Shown one piece after another: positions 47,450-57,763 of a stretch of 64,000 nt of DNA. The first letter of the stretch is position 1, and each line of letters starts with the position of its first letter. The notes beneath the pieces were generated by a model. The model did not search any database. It saw nothing but the letters and a program-made list of their open reading frames with translations, and was not told the DNA's origin. The stretch is taken from IMG/VR virus record IMGVR_UViG_3300025266_000004, positions 1 to 64,000 of that record. One strand, 5' to 3'. This stretch comes from a virus. A program made the position numbers and the translations under genes.

Positions 47450-49543
47450 ATGGCTATTAGTTACGAGAACGGTTTATATAAGAATGATGATGATTTAACA
47501 TTTGTTAATATGGAGTACTTTCGTGAACCTGCGAAGTACTTTTTAAAGCATGGTGTTTATACACACGAACCGTTTGGTTCTCCTAGATACCTTGCGTATT
47601 GGGACGAACAAGATAAAAGATGTAGAGAAGGATATACTGTAGGTGGTGTTACTTTAACAGGTGAACATTATGGGTATTTAAACTTTGCACAAATCAAGGT
47701 AACACAAGATGCTAATAAGTCTGCTTATAAAGAAGCTAAGAAGGATGGACATACTCAAAAAGCAAAGAGACAATCAGCTGAGAAGAAAGTTACTTTTCCT
47801 GATTTCTATGATGGTGATTACCATTACTTTAAAGCTAAGGAGTTCGCTAGGGAACAAGGTCTTCATTTATGTGTAGGTAAAGCTAGACGTAAGGGATACT
47901 CATATAAGAATGGTTGGATTGGTGCTAACAGGTATAACTTATATCCACAGAGTATTACTGTGATAGGTGCATTCTCTAGTAGTTATCTATATCCTCGTGG
48001 TACTATGTCGATGGTTAAAGAATATCTTGATTTTCTTAATAAACATACTGATTGGGAAAAGAAGAGACTACTTAGTAATATGTCTCATATGAAGTCTGGT
48101 TATAAGTATGTAGGACAAGATGAAGAGCATGGTTTCTTAAGTGAGGTTATTGCTGTTAGTTTTGGACCTGCTAATCCAGGTGCAGCTAGGGGTAAAGATG
48201 GTACTCTATTTATGTTTGAAGAAGCAGGTAAGTTTCCTAATCTAATTGAGAGTTTAACATCTACTGCTCCTGCTGTAGAGGATGGTGTCTTTGTTACTGG
48301 TCAAATACTTATATTTGGTACTGGTGGAGATGATGCTTCTAACTGGGATGGGTTCGAGGAAATATTCTATGACCCTGAGACTTATAATATGCTTGCTTTT
48401 GATAATATATGGGATGACAATGCTGAAGGTACTTCATGTGGTTTCTTTGTACCTCAAATAAGAAACCTCCCAGGTTTTATAGATAAGGACGGTAATAGTT
48501 TAACTGCTGCTGCTTTAGAACATGAGACATCTATTAGAGATAGTATTAAGAAGACATCTAAAACTAGTACTAAGTTAAGTGGTTACCAAATGGAGTACCC
48601 TAACAAACCTAGTGAAGCTTTTGCAAGGAATACAAATAACATCTTCCCTACTATTGAGATTGATGCACAACTAAAGCTAGTACAGAATGATGGTAATATT
48701 AAATACCTAGGTAGACAAGGTGTTTATAAAGATACTGCAAAAGGTGTTATACTAGTACAAGAAGATACAAAAGGAAAAGATTATGAATACATTAAAGAAT
48801 TTCCACTTAAAAAAGGTAGCCATGTCGATGTTGATGGGTGTATTGTTGAATTTCAACCTCCTTACACTTTACCTGATGGTAGAATACCTCAAGGTTTATA
48901 TAGGATATGGAATGACCCTTATGCACAGGACAAAGACACTGATGCGATAACTACAAAGGATTCTCTAGGAGCTACTTATGTATATGAGGTTACTAATAGG
49001 TTTACAGGAAGTAAAGGAGATATTCTAGTAGCTGCTTATGTAGGTAGACCACCGTCTATGGATGCGTACAATAAACAACTATATCTTTTAGCTAAGAGAT
49101 ACGGTGGTGCCCCAGGTATGGTACAGTTCGAGAATGATAGGGGTGATGTAAAGAATTACTTTAAGAAGATGAAAGCATATCATTTACTTGCTGACGAACC
49201 TGAGGTAACATGGAAACGAGAACTCCAATCAGCTAAGACTGGAAGGGTTAAAGGTATCATGATGAATGCTAAGAGAAAAGGTACTGCCGCAATCTATTTA
49301 AGGGATTGGCTTTTAGATAAGAGAGGAGAAGACGAGAACGGCAACGATGTTTTGAATTTAAACTATATATACGACGAAGGACTACTAAAAGAGTTGCTAA
49401 AGTGGCATATAAAAGGTAACTTCGATAGAGTTTCGGCAATGCTTGTTGGTATGTTCGATTATAGAGAGGTTGAGACACAGGAAGAAATACAGGCTACGGG
49501 TGGTGCTCAGAATAATTTTTTCAGTAAGAGTTTATTTAAATAA
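47450..49543 (+). CDS. terL: Terminase large subunit (crAss-like)
   Basis: KARRKGYSY (Walker A variant), FEEAGKF, GTGG, DPY and GNFDRVSA motifs. Confidence 0.93.
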   Translation: MAISYENGLYKNDDDLTFVNMEYFREPAKYFLKHGVYTHEPFGSPRYLAYWDEQDKRCREGYTVGGVTLTGEHYGYLNFAQIKVTQDANKSAYKEAKKDGHTQKAKRQSAEKKVTFPDFYDGDYHYFKAKEFAREQGLHLCVGKARRKGYSYKNGWIGANRYNLYPQSITVIGAFSSSYLYPRGTMSMVKEYLDFLNKHTDWEKKRLLSNMSHMKSGYKYVGQDEEHGFLSEVIAVSFGPANPGAARGKDGTLFMFEEAGKFPNLIESLTSTAPAVEDGVFVTGQILIFGTGGDDASNWDGFEEIFYDPETYNMLAFDNIWDDNAEGTSCGFFVPQIRNLPGFIDKDGNSLTAAALEHETSIRDSIKKTSKTSTKLSGYQMEYPNKPSEAFARNTNNIFPTIEIDAQLKLVQNDGNIKYLGRQGVYKDTAKGVILVQEDTKGKDYEYIKEFPLKKGSHVDVDGCIVEFQPPYTLPDGRIPQGLYRIWNDPYAQDKDTDAITTKDSLGATYVYEVTNRFTGSKGDILVAAYVGRPPSMDAYNKQLYLLAKRYGGAPGMVQFENDRGDVKNYFKKMKAYHLLADEPEVTWKRELQSAKTGRVKGIMMNAKRKGTAAIYLRDWLLDKRGEDENGNDVLNLNYIYDEGLLKELLKWHIKGNFDRVSAMLVGMFDYREVETQEEIQATGGAQNNFFSKSLFK

Positions 49544-49552
49544 TAATATAGT

Positions 49553-51874
49553 ATGAATGTATTTCCAAAACAGAAGGTTAAGACTTCTGAAAAACTTAAG
49601 ATAAATAAAGGTGACGACTTTCCTCAATGGGGTAAGGATAACATGGATTTTCTTATAGATAACATTGGTAGTGATTATGAGAAGCTAGAAATGCAATCTT
49701 TAATGCGTGTAGCAGAAGGGTACATTGACCAAGAGTTATATAGTTATGTATTGAATCCTTATAATACTGATACAGGTAAGAATAGAAACTTTCCTGCAAG
49801 ACTGAGAAACTATGATATAATTAGTCCTGTTATATATAGTTTTCTAGGTGAGAAGAGTAAGAAGCCTAATAACTTTCAAGTAGTTGCTGTTAATGAGGAT
49901 GCACCAAATATGTTTACTGAGAAGTTACATGGTGAAATGTCTAAGTTATTAAATCAGCAGTTTATTAATAATCTTAATGAGCTTGGTGTTGATACTGGGA
50001 TGCAGAGTAAAGAAGGTACACCAAGTGCTCAAGATTTCTATAAAGAGTTTGCTACTTCTTATAGTGATGCAAGAGCTATAAAGGGACAGGAATCACTCAA
50101 TATATTGAAGTATGATCTTGACATCAAAGATAAAATGCAGACAGCTTTCTATTACTGGCTAGTACTCGGAAGGGTCATTACATATAAGGACGTACACAGA
50201 AATGATGTTAGCTACGATGTAGTTCACCCTATTGAAATGACTTACTCTAAGAGTCCTAATTTACCATACATAGAAGATGGTAACTGGGCATTGAGAAAGT
50301 TTAAGATGAATGTTAATGATGTTATTGATAGATGGAGAGACGACTTAGATGATAAAACTATTGACCTATTAGAGAACTTAGGTGACTCTTTACATAACAG
50401 TGAAATCAATCACTTTAATGAGATTGCTACTAATAGTCAATTCAATCATGATTCAGATGGTTTGTTAGATGTTTATCACGGTACTTGGAAGTCATTTAAG
50501 TTAATAGGTATATTAAAGTATAGTGACGAACTAGGAATTGAGAGAGAGAAAGAAGTTGATGAGAAGTATAAAATAGATAAAAGCATAGGTGATTTAAGTA
50601 TTAAATGGGAATGGATAAACGAAGTTTGGGAATGTTGGAGAATAGATGAAAGTATCTACTTAGACTGTAGACCTATTAAAGTACAAAGAGATGAAATGAA
50701 TAACAGCTCTGTATGTAAACTACCTTATAATGGTAGAACTTGGTTTAGTGAAACAAATAATATTAAGTCTGTTCTTAAAGAAGGTATTGATTATCAAACT
50801 CTATATAATATATATCACTATAGAGCTGAAATGACAATGGCTAGAAATAAGGATAAACTACTTATGATGCCAATGGGTATTTTACCAAAGGAATGGGGTG
50901 ATGATGCAATGGAGAATTTTATGTACTATGCGGAAGCTACAGGAATAGGTTGGATAGATGAGAGTAGACCAGGTGCTATGGCTGCTTTACAATCTATTAA
51001 AGCAGTAGATTTATCACTGTCTCAATATTTCTCTGCTATGTATGAAGCTATGCAAGCTATAAAACAAGAGTGGTGGGATAGTGTTGGAATGAACAGACAG
51101 AGATATGGAGATACTAAAGCTAGTGATGGTAAAGGTGTTAATGAACAAGCAATCTTTAGAAGCTCTGTAATAACAGAGGAGTTGTTTAGACAATTTGGTA
51201 AGTTCGAAGAGAAGGATTTAAATGGTCTATTAGACTATTCTAAGTTAGCTTGGATTGACGGTAAAAGAGGTTCTTATATAGGTAGTGACGGTAGAGCTGA
51301 ATTATATGATGTCGATAGTCTTCAACACATGGAGAGTCAGTACGGTATATTTGCTAAAGATCAAAGTGATGAGAATGAGAAACTAGAGACTATGAAGAGT
51401 ATTGCTTTAACGTTTGCTCAAAATGGTAGTAAGCCAGGTCTTATATCAGAGATAATAGATAGTAGTAACTTTAGTCAAACAAAGACTCATTTAGCTAACT
51501 TAGATAAGATGGAAGATGAGAGATTGAAAGCTGAACAAAAAGCTGAACAAGAATCTAATGAACGTATTCAACAAATGGTTAATGAGAATGACGAGAAAAA
51601 TAGAGAAGCCGCTAAGTATAAAGTCGATATGGATTATAAACGACATATTGATGGTAAGAAGATAGATGCTAAATTAGCTATTAACTTGAAAGACGATATT
51701 GCACCTGTAGATGATACTTTAGATTATTTAAAAGAGAGTAATCAAAATGCTACAAATAGAGAACAGATGCAAAGAACTAGCGACTTAGAGAATAAGAAAC
51801 TAGACATTGAAAGAGAAGGAATGCGTAGTGCTGAAAATATAGCTAGAGAGAATAAAAATAAACACGATAAGTAA
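49553..51874 (+). CDS. Portal protein
   Basis: 773 aa directly after TerL; FPARLRNYDII, KLPYNG and RQRYG segments resemble crAss-like portals. Confidence 0.88.
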   Translation: MNVFPKQKVKTSEKLKINKGDDFPQWGKDNMDFLIDNIGSDYEKLEMQSLMRVAEGYIDQELYSYVLNPYNTDTGKNRNFPARLRNYDIISPVIYSFLGEKSKKPNNFQVVAVNEDAPNMFTEKLHGEMSKLLNQQFINNLNELGVDTGMQSKEGTPSAQDFYKEFATSYSDARAIKGQESLNILKYDLDIKDKMQTAFYYWLVLGRVITYKDVHRNDVSYDVVHPIEMTYSKSPNLPYIEDGNWALRKFKMNVNDVIDRWRDDLDDKTIDLLENLGDSLHNSEINHFNEIATNSQFNHDSDGLLDVYHGTWKSFKLIGILKYSDELGIEREKEVDEKYKIDKSIGDLSIKWEWINEVWECWRIDESIYLDCRPIKVQRDEMNNSSVCKLPYNGRTWFSETNNIKSVLKEGIDYQTLYNIYHYRAEMTMARNKDKLLMMPMGILPKEWGDDAMENFMYYAEATGIGWIDESRPGAMAALQSIKAVDLSLSQYFSAMYEAMQAIKQEWWDSVGMNRQRYGDTKASDGKGVNEQAIFRSSVITEELFRQFGKFEEKDLNGLLDYSKLAWIDGKRGSYIGSDGRAELYDVDSLQHMESQYGIFAKDQSDENEKLETMKSIALTFAQNGSKPGLISEIIDSSNFSQTKTHLANLDKMEDERLKAEQKAEQESNERIQQMVNENDEKNREAAKYKVDMDYKRHIDGKKIDAKLAINLKDDIAPVDDTLDYLKESNQNATNREQMQRTSDLENKKLDIEREGMRSAENIARENKNKHDK

Positions 51875-51949
51875 TATAAAAAAATAATATAGAATAAGAA
51901 CCTATATAATAAATTGTAAATATCAAAACAAATACATAAATTTAGAAAT

Positions 51950-53239
51950 ATGAAAATTAACGGAACAAATAAGGCATTTAATAAGCCACTTGTGAACTAT
52001 GGTGACGTAGTGTTTAGAAGAGAAGATATAGAGATAGGTAGTCTATTAGATGGTGACGCTTTTAGTGGTAATGAAAGTGGAGGTAATAGTAATACTGAGG
52101 ACACTACTAACACTAATACTAATACTGAGGATAATCAAAATACTAATACGAATGTCAATCAAGAGGATAATAATCAAGAGGACAATCAAAATACTAACAC
52201 TGAGCAAAATACAGACACTGAGCAGGGTACTAACACTGAGCAAGCTGTTGATTTAACAGATGAAGAATTTAAAGCTGAATTACTAGAAAAGTACAAAGGT
52301 ACAGATGTTGATGAAGAAGGTAACATTGTAGATGATAAGGGAGAGATTATAAAGAAGGTAGATGAAATTGAAGAATACGCTAGTGACGAAGTACCTTTTA
52401 TTAATGAGATACAAACTACTTTAGGGTATGAGATACTTGGTGAAGATGGTGCTCCTGTACAGTACGAAGATACTACTGAAGGTATTGCACAATATGTGTC
52501 TGATTCAGCAGGTCAACAAGCTACTAGTCAAATAAATAAATTTTTAGATACTTTCCCTGAGCTTACAGACTTACATAATCATCTTGCAACTGGTGGTAAT
52601 GTAAATAACTTTTATGCTACTGAACAAGATTGGTCAAATACTGAATTAGATAAGTCTAATAAATCACAGTTAAGGTCTGTTATAAAAGAAGATTTCTTAT
52701 CCAAAGGAATGGATGAAGGGACGATTGATACTATGTTAGATACTTTTGACGACACTGGTAAATTGTTTGAGATGTCCAAAGTAAGTAAACAAGCTAGGAT
52801 TGATACTAAACTTGAAACTGCTAGAGTTAACCAACAAAAAGTAGACAAGCAAAAAGAAGATAGACAAAATAATATTGTTGCACACTGGAATGAAATTAAG
52901 ACAGTTGTAACAAATGGTAAGTTAAAGAACATTAATATACCTAAAGCAGAACAAGACGATTTCTATAACTATGTATCTAAAGCTGTTGACAGTAATGGTA
53001 ATAGTCAAGATATGGTTGACAGACAAAAAGAAGACAAAGAAACTACTTTAATGATGTCTTTTTGGAGATACAAAGGATATGACTTAAATAAACTTGTTAA
53101 ATCTATGGTAGCACAAGAGAAAGCTACTTCTATGAGACAACGTATTACTAAGAACGTACCTAAGCATAAACGAAATGTTATTAAGAAACCTATATCAGGT
53201 GCTCAAAATACAGACATTAATATAAACAATTTTCAATAG
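51950..53239 (+). CDS. Acidic protein between portal and MCP (scaffold-like)
   Basis: Position in the head module; low-complexity N/T/E/Q N-terminal region. Confidence 0.65.
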   Translation: MKINGTNKAFNKPLVNYGDVVFRREDIEIGSLLDGDAFSGNESGGNSNTEDTTNTNTNTEDNQNTNTNVNQEDNNQEDNQNTNTEQNTDTEQGTNTEQAVDLTDEEFKAELLEKYKGTDVDEEGNIVDDKGEIIKKVDEIEEYASDEVPFINEIQTTLGYEILGEDGAPVQYEDTTEGIAQYVSDSAGQQATSQINKFLDTFPELTDLHNHLATGGNVNNFYATEQDWSNTELDKSNKSQLRSVIKEDFLSKGMDEGTIDTMLDTFDDTGKLFEMSKVSKQARIDTKLETARVNQQKVDKQKEDRQNNIVAHWNEIKTVVTNGKLKNINIPKAEQDDFYNYVSKAVDSNGNSQDMVDRQKEDKETTLMMSFWRYKGYDLNKLVKSMVAQEKATSMRQRITKNVPKHKRNVIKKPISGAQNTDININNFQ

Positions 53240-53269
53240 TAAATAATAAATATAAACAAATAAACAAAA

Positions 53270-54754
53270 ATGAACGGAAGCAACTCAACTAATGCTAGAG
53301 TCTTGTATCACGATAGACATGACTCTACAGGGTTTACAAATGAGAATACATTAGCTAATGCCTTACTCTCAAAACCAGATCAATTAAATCCTGTAATCAC
53401 TCACCTACAAGGTAGAGAAGATAATAGGTTTCCATTGTCTTTTATGACAGAAGGACAAAAAGGTGGAACACGAACTATTGAACTTAATGATGTACAATAT
53501 GATTGGAATACTTTTAGAAGATTAAGAACTACTGATACAGTTGTTTCTAGTGCATATACTTCTTCTAGTAAAGCAGGTATTGGTCACGGTTACTTCTATG
53601 TTACTTTTAAAGAGAACTGGTTAAAGCAACAAAGAACTGTTGAATCACCTAATGGTACTCGTGCTAGAATCATGGGTAAAGCAATGCAAGATGGTAGTAA
53701 TTTTAAATATACTTTACAAATTATTACAACTGATATTGGAGCATTTGTAGATCCTACTCAATTTGCTGCTGGAACTATATGGGGTTCTGTAGGTGGATCG
53801 TCTGTTTCTGAATCATACTCTAAGGGTAATGAAAGTAATGTTACAACTCCAGGTAAAATAAAGAATCAAATTAACTTCTTAAGAAAGAGTTATGAGATAG
53901 GTGGAAATTTAGCTAACAAGACTGTCGAAGTTCAGTTTAATGTTAATGGTAAAATGACTAACTACTGGATTGATTTCGAGAGATGGCAACATATGATTGA
54001 TTGGAAAGCTTCTTGTGAAGAGGAGTACTGGTATTCTACTTATAATAGAAACTCTAGTGGTGTTGTTACAATGAATGACCCTGATACTGGATTACCTATT
54101 CCAATGGGAGCTGGTTTATTAGATCAAATTCCTAATCATGATACGTATAGTGAATTGACTGCACAGAAGATTAAAAGAACTGTTGCTGATGTTATGTATG
54201 GTGCTACTGATACAGGTAACATGGACATTACTTTATATACTGGTGAAGGTGGAGCTGAAGAGTTTGACAACGCTATGAAAGATGAAGCTAGTGGATTCAA
54301 TCTTGTAGCTAACGCTAATGTAGGTGATAAATTCGTTAAAGGTGGTACTGGAAGTAGAAACTTAATGTATGGTGCTTACTTTACTCAATATCAACACGTA
54401 GATGGACATACAGTTACTCTTAAAAAGGTTAACTTATTCGATCATGGTGGTAGAGCTGCTGTATCTAACAGACATCCTGTTACAGGTAAACCTCTTGAAT
54501 CATATAGAATGGTATTTGTGGATCAATCTGTTTACGATGGTGAAAGAAATGTTCAAATGGTTACTCAAAAAGGAAGAGGAATGATTACTGGTATACTTAA
54601 GGGTATGGCGCCGACTCCTTATGACTTTAAAGGTAACAACGATATGAACATCGCTACTGATCAAGATAAGTCTAGTGTACATTTCTTATCTGCTAAGGGT
54701 GTTGCTATTAGACGTAATACACATTGTTTCCAATTAACGTGTGATATTTCATAA
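53270..54754 (+). CDS. Major capsid protein (crAss-like)
   Basis: 494 aa with RFPLSFMTEG, GAGLLDQI, YTGEGG and ESYRM segments, followed by a strong terminator. Confidence 0.9.
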   Translation: MNGSNSTNARVLYHDRHDSTGFTNENTLANALLSKPDQLNPVITHLQGREDNRFPLSFMTEGQKGGTRTIELNDVQYDWNTFRRLRTTDTVVSSAYTSSSKAGIGHGYFYVTFKENWLKQQRTVESPNGTRARIMGKAMQDGSNFKYTLQIITTDIGAFVDPTQFAAGTIWGSVGGSSVSESYSKGNESNVTTPGKIKNQINFLRKSYEIGGNLANKTVEVQFNVNGKMTNYWIDFERWQHMIDWKASCEEEYWYSTYNRNSSGVVTMNDPDTGLPIPMGAGLLDQIPNHDTYSELTAQKIKRTVADVMYGATDTGNMDITLYTGEGGAEEFDNAMKDEASGFNLVANANVGDKFVKGGTGSRNLMYGAYFTQYQHVDGHTVTLKKVNLFDHGGRAAVSNRHPVTGKPLESYRMVFVDQSVYDGERNVQMVTQKGRGMITGILKGMAPTPYDFKGNNDMNIATDQDKSSVHFLSAKGVAIRRNTHCFQLTCDIS

Positions 54755-54778
54755 GAATAAATAATAATTATAATGTAT

Positions 54779-54805
54779 AAGGGTGTAGGAGACTACACCC
54801 TTTTT
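54779..54805 (+). terminator. Intrinsic terminator after MCP
   Basis: AAGGGTGTAG-gaga-CTACACCCTT followed by TTT. Confidence 0.88.
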
Positions 54806-54822
54806 AAACAAAAATTAAAACG

Positions 54823-55710
54823 ATGGAAGAAAAGATAGTTTATATAAGAAGAAAAGAAGGAATTAAAAGCTCATTAGGAGAAGACACAACTGACCATATT
54901 TGGAAGATCGGTTCATCTTTTAAAGGTACTATGCCATTAAAGGGTTTAACTATTGAAGAAGAGAATAAATATTTACCTGAGATACTAGGTATAAATGCAG
55001 GTTCAGCTGAATGGGGTAAACAAGTTAGAAATTACTGGAAAAACATTAGTGCTATTATACCAGCAGGAGAAGGTAAAAAACTTGATATAACAACAGAAAA
55101 AGGTGTTCCTGTAAATATAGTTGAATACATCTTATGGAAGTATTGTTTAGTATATAGTAAAGTAGCTAATTCAAAAGAAGATTTAGCAAAGAGTCCAAAG
55201 ATTAGATTTTTTATCTATAGCAGTGAAGAAGAACAAGCTAAGAAATTAGTTAACTTTAAAGTAATGAAAAAAGCTAATAAGTTGTTCCTTGACCTTGAAA
55301 GTAAAAAGGATAATGCTTTTGCTGTATTACGTATTTTTACAAGTGAGCGTTACCTATTAGAAGAAGCTAATTTACCAATACATAATATTGATAAGGTTTC
55401 ACAAGATGCAAAAGATATGTTATTATATGATATATCAATTAATAAAATCACTGTTAATAGATTCATCGAAATAGCAGAAGACAAACACTTGTTAACACAA
55501 TCATTTATTGAAGAATGTATAGAGTATAGCACATTACAAAGAGTAGCTAATACAACTACTATTATAATGGACAAAACAACTATTGGTAATACAATGGACG
55601 AAGCTATTGCTTTTATAACTGATAAATCTAATTCTAAAACTTTATTAGAGTTGAAAGCAAAAATGAATAACATGACTAATAAGAATTATAATGAGTCTAA
55701 AGATAAATAA
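54823..55710 (+). CDS. Virion-module protein downstream of MCP
   Basis: 295 aa; position in the structural block. Confidence 0.65.
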   Translation: MEEKIVYIRRKEGIKSSLGEDTTDHIWKIGSSFKGTMPLKGLTIEEENKYLPEILGINAGSAEWGKQVRNYWKNISAIIPAGEGKKLDITTEKGVPVNIVEYILWKYCLVYSKVANSKEDLAKSPKIRFFIYSSEEEQAKKLVNFKVMKKANKLFLDLESKKDNAFAVLRIFTSERYLLEEANLPIHNIDKVSQDAKDMLLYDISINKITVNRFIEIAEDKHLLTQSFIEECIEYSTLQRVANTTTIIMDKTTIGNTMDEAIAFITDKSNSKTLLELKAKMNNMTNKNYNESKDK

Positions 55711-55714
55711 CTAA

Positions 55715-56773
55715 ATGTTAGTACAAGAAATGCACATAGGTGTTGATGTAGGGGTACAGAAACTAAACACCGATACTTTGGATAATATATCACCTGAGCA
55801 AAAAGATTGGATTCTTAATGAGGCTCAGTTAAGGTTTGTAAAGAACCGTGTTAATCCTAAATCTAATCCCAAAAATGAAGGTTTTGAAATGACTTTTAAA
55901 AGGTATGAAGATTTAGAGGACATATACGAACACAAACCTTTAGACGTGTATATTGAAGATAACGAAGTGCAATTCAGCGTACTACCATATAACTATTTTC
56001 TCCCTATTGAAGGAGAACCTAGTGTTATATATAATTGTAATAATGTAACAAAAAGTATAGTATCAGTCATAGAACTGAATTGTGTAGTACCTTTCTTAAA
56101 CGATTCTTCTGCCACTCCCTTTAACGGGTTTAGAATTACTCTACTACAAGGTGTTACACAAACTATACTTTTTGACATTAATGATTATAAGTTTACTAGT
56201 AATGTTGCTAATGGACAAATCAATTCTACTGAGGAACGATTTTATATTGTTCATCATATTATTGAAGTTATTAATAGAACTAGAACAGATATTGAAGTAT
56301 ATTGGGAGACGTACAAAAATGTATATACTCCCAATTCTTTTATCTTTGTTAGTAAAGATGTTACTTTAACATCTATTCAAGTTGGTAGTACAGTGTACAA
56401 TTTTACACAAGTTAGTTTAAATGTTTACCAAACAACTGATAATAATATAGGTAAACAACCTGCTAGATTGGTTACAACAAAGACTAGGGAACTTTTAAAG
56501 CACCCTTTTTTAACAACTAAGTATGATAGTCCTATATTTAACATTAGTAATAAAATGATTAAAACCTATCACAATCAAAGGTTTATATTACACACTTTTT
56601 ACTTATCTTATATTAGGAAACCTAGACTAATAAGCTTATCTTTAGAACAATCATGTGAGCTTAATAGTAACTTTCATGAAGAGATTGTTGATATTGCTGT
56701 ACAACTTATAAAATCAAGAATCGAAGCTAAGGATTATGGTAGTATTATCAATGAGAATCTACTTAAAGAATAA
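55715..56773 (+). CDS. Tail ring / head-tail connector protein
   Basis: LNEAQLRFVK N-terminus and YIRKP...HEEIVDIAV C-terminus, typical of crAss-like ring proteins. Confidence 0.7.
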   Translation: MLVQEMHIGVDVGVQKLNTDTLDNISPEQKDWILNEAQLRFVKNRVNPKSNPKNEGFEMTFKRYEDLEDIYEHKPLDVYIEDNEVQFSVLPYNYFLPIEGEPSVIYNCNNVTKSIVSVIELNCVVPFLNDSSATPFNGFRITLLQGVTQTILFDINDYKFTSNVANGQINSTEERFYIVHHIIEVINRTRTDIEVYWETYKNVYTPNSFIFVSKDVTLTSIQVGSTVYNFTQVSLNVYQTTDNNIGKQPARLVTTKTRELLKHPFLTTKYDSPIFNISNKMIKTYHNQRFILHTFYLSYIRKPRLISLSLEQSCELNSNFHEEIVDIAVQLIKSRIEAKDYGSIINENLLKE

Positions 56774-56794
56774 ACAAATATAAATAATAGAAAA

Positions 56795-57748
56795 ATGAAA
56801 AAAATAATAGTATTAAAAAACCTTGCGCTAAATGCAGGTGTCACAGATATTAATGATGTAAATTCAATAACTGAAGGTGCATTAGCTATTTTTACTGATA
56901 AAAATGTACTTTTAACAGTTGGTAATGTTGTAGCTAGTATGTCTGATGTAAAATCAATTAGGTATGTTACTAAGTACGATGGTACAATGCACTGGAGTAA
57001 TGAGATTGTAAGAGAACACGCATCAGTTGATGCACAAGCTTCTAGAGTTGCTGTTAAACCTATTATCTATGTAGGTAATGATTTAGCTACTGGAGCATTG
57101 AATTTACCTGGTACTTTAATACCTGGAACAATTGCTTTTATACGTATTGTAAAAGAGATTCCAATTAGAGAGGTTGGACTAGAGAAACAAAGATTTGAAT
57201 ACGTAGTTAAAACAGGTGATACTGCGGCAACTGTATTAACTGCTATTGTTGCACAGATTAACGGTCGTAGTGATAGATTTGTAGATGCTGCTGTAGTAAC
57301 TGGTAATGTAGGTATTAAATTAACAGTTAGAGACGATGATACTGCTGTTACTGTAGGATTAGATGGTATTTTTGGTAACTCTACTGTTATTAAAGATGGT
57401 ACTAGTAACTCTATAGCATTAGATTACGGTGCAGGAACTTTCAAACAGATTCAAGAGTTAGAAGAGTTTTATAGTCCTTCTAGTGGTAATACTAGTAAAA
57501 TGTATTTAGCATCATACTACTTTAGTAGACAAAATGTAGCTATTACAGGATTGGCTTATGATACTTATACAATCAATTTCCAAAGAAGACACATGAGTGC
57601 TTCATCTACAGAGTTTGCAACTAACCAAGTATTGGTTGTAGCAATGCCTAAGGGAGCTACTTTACAAACAGGTTTCGAAACTATCCAAACTGCTATCTAT
57701 GGATTAGCTGGTGGTAATGAAGAAACTGGTAATGACACAGCAGTCTAA
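56795..57748 (+). CDS. Structural protein (capsid-auxiliary or tail-associated)
   Basis: 317 aa, A/T/G/V-rich, in the structural block. Confidence 0.55.
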   Translation: MKKIIVLKNLALNAGVTDINDVNSITEGALAIFTDKNVLLTVGNVVASMSDVKSIRYVTKYDGTMHWSNEIVREHASVDAQASRVAVKPIIYVGNDLATGALNLPGTLIPGTIAFIRIVKEIPIREVGLEKQRFEYVVKTGDTAATVLTAIVAQINGRSDRFVDAAVVTGNVGIKLTVRDDDTAVTVGLDGIFGNSTVIKDGTSNSIALDYGAGTFKQIQELEEFYSPSSGNTSKMYLASYYFSRQNVAITGLAYDTYTINFQRRHMSASSTEFATNQVLVVAMPKGATLQTGFETIQTAIYGLAGGNEETGNDTAV

Positions 57749-57763
57749 TAAATAATAAAATAG

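Noticed and set aside
22401-49543. Inteins or introns in PolA, the Dda-like helicase or TerL
   Set aside because: Protein lengths and motif spacing look normal, with no splice-junction or homing endonuclease motifs.
52085-52245. DNA tandem repeats
   Set aside because: They encode the low-complexity N/T/E/Q linker of the scaffold-like protein.
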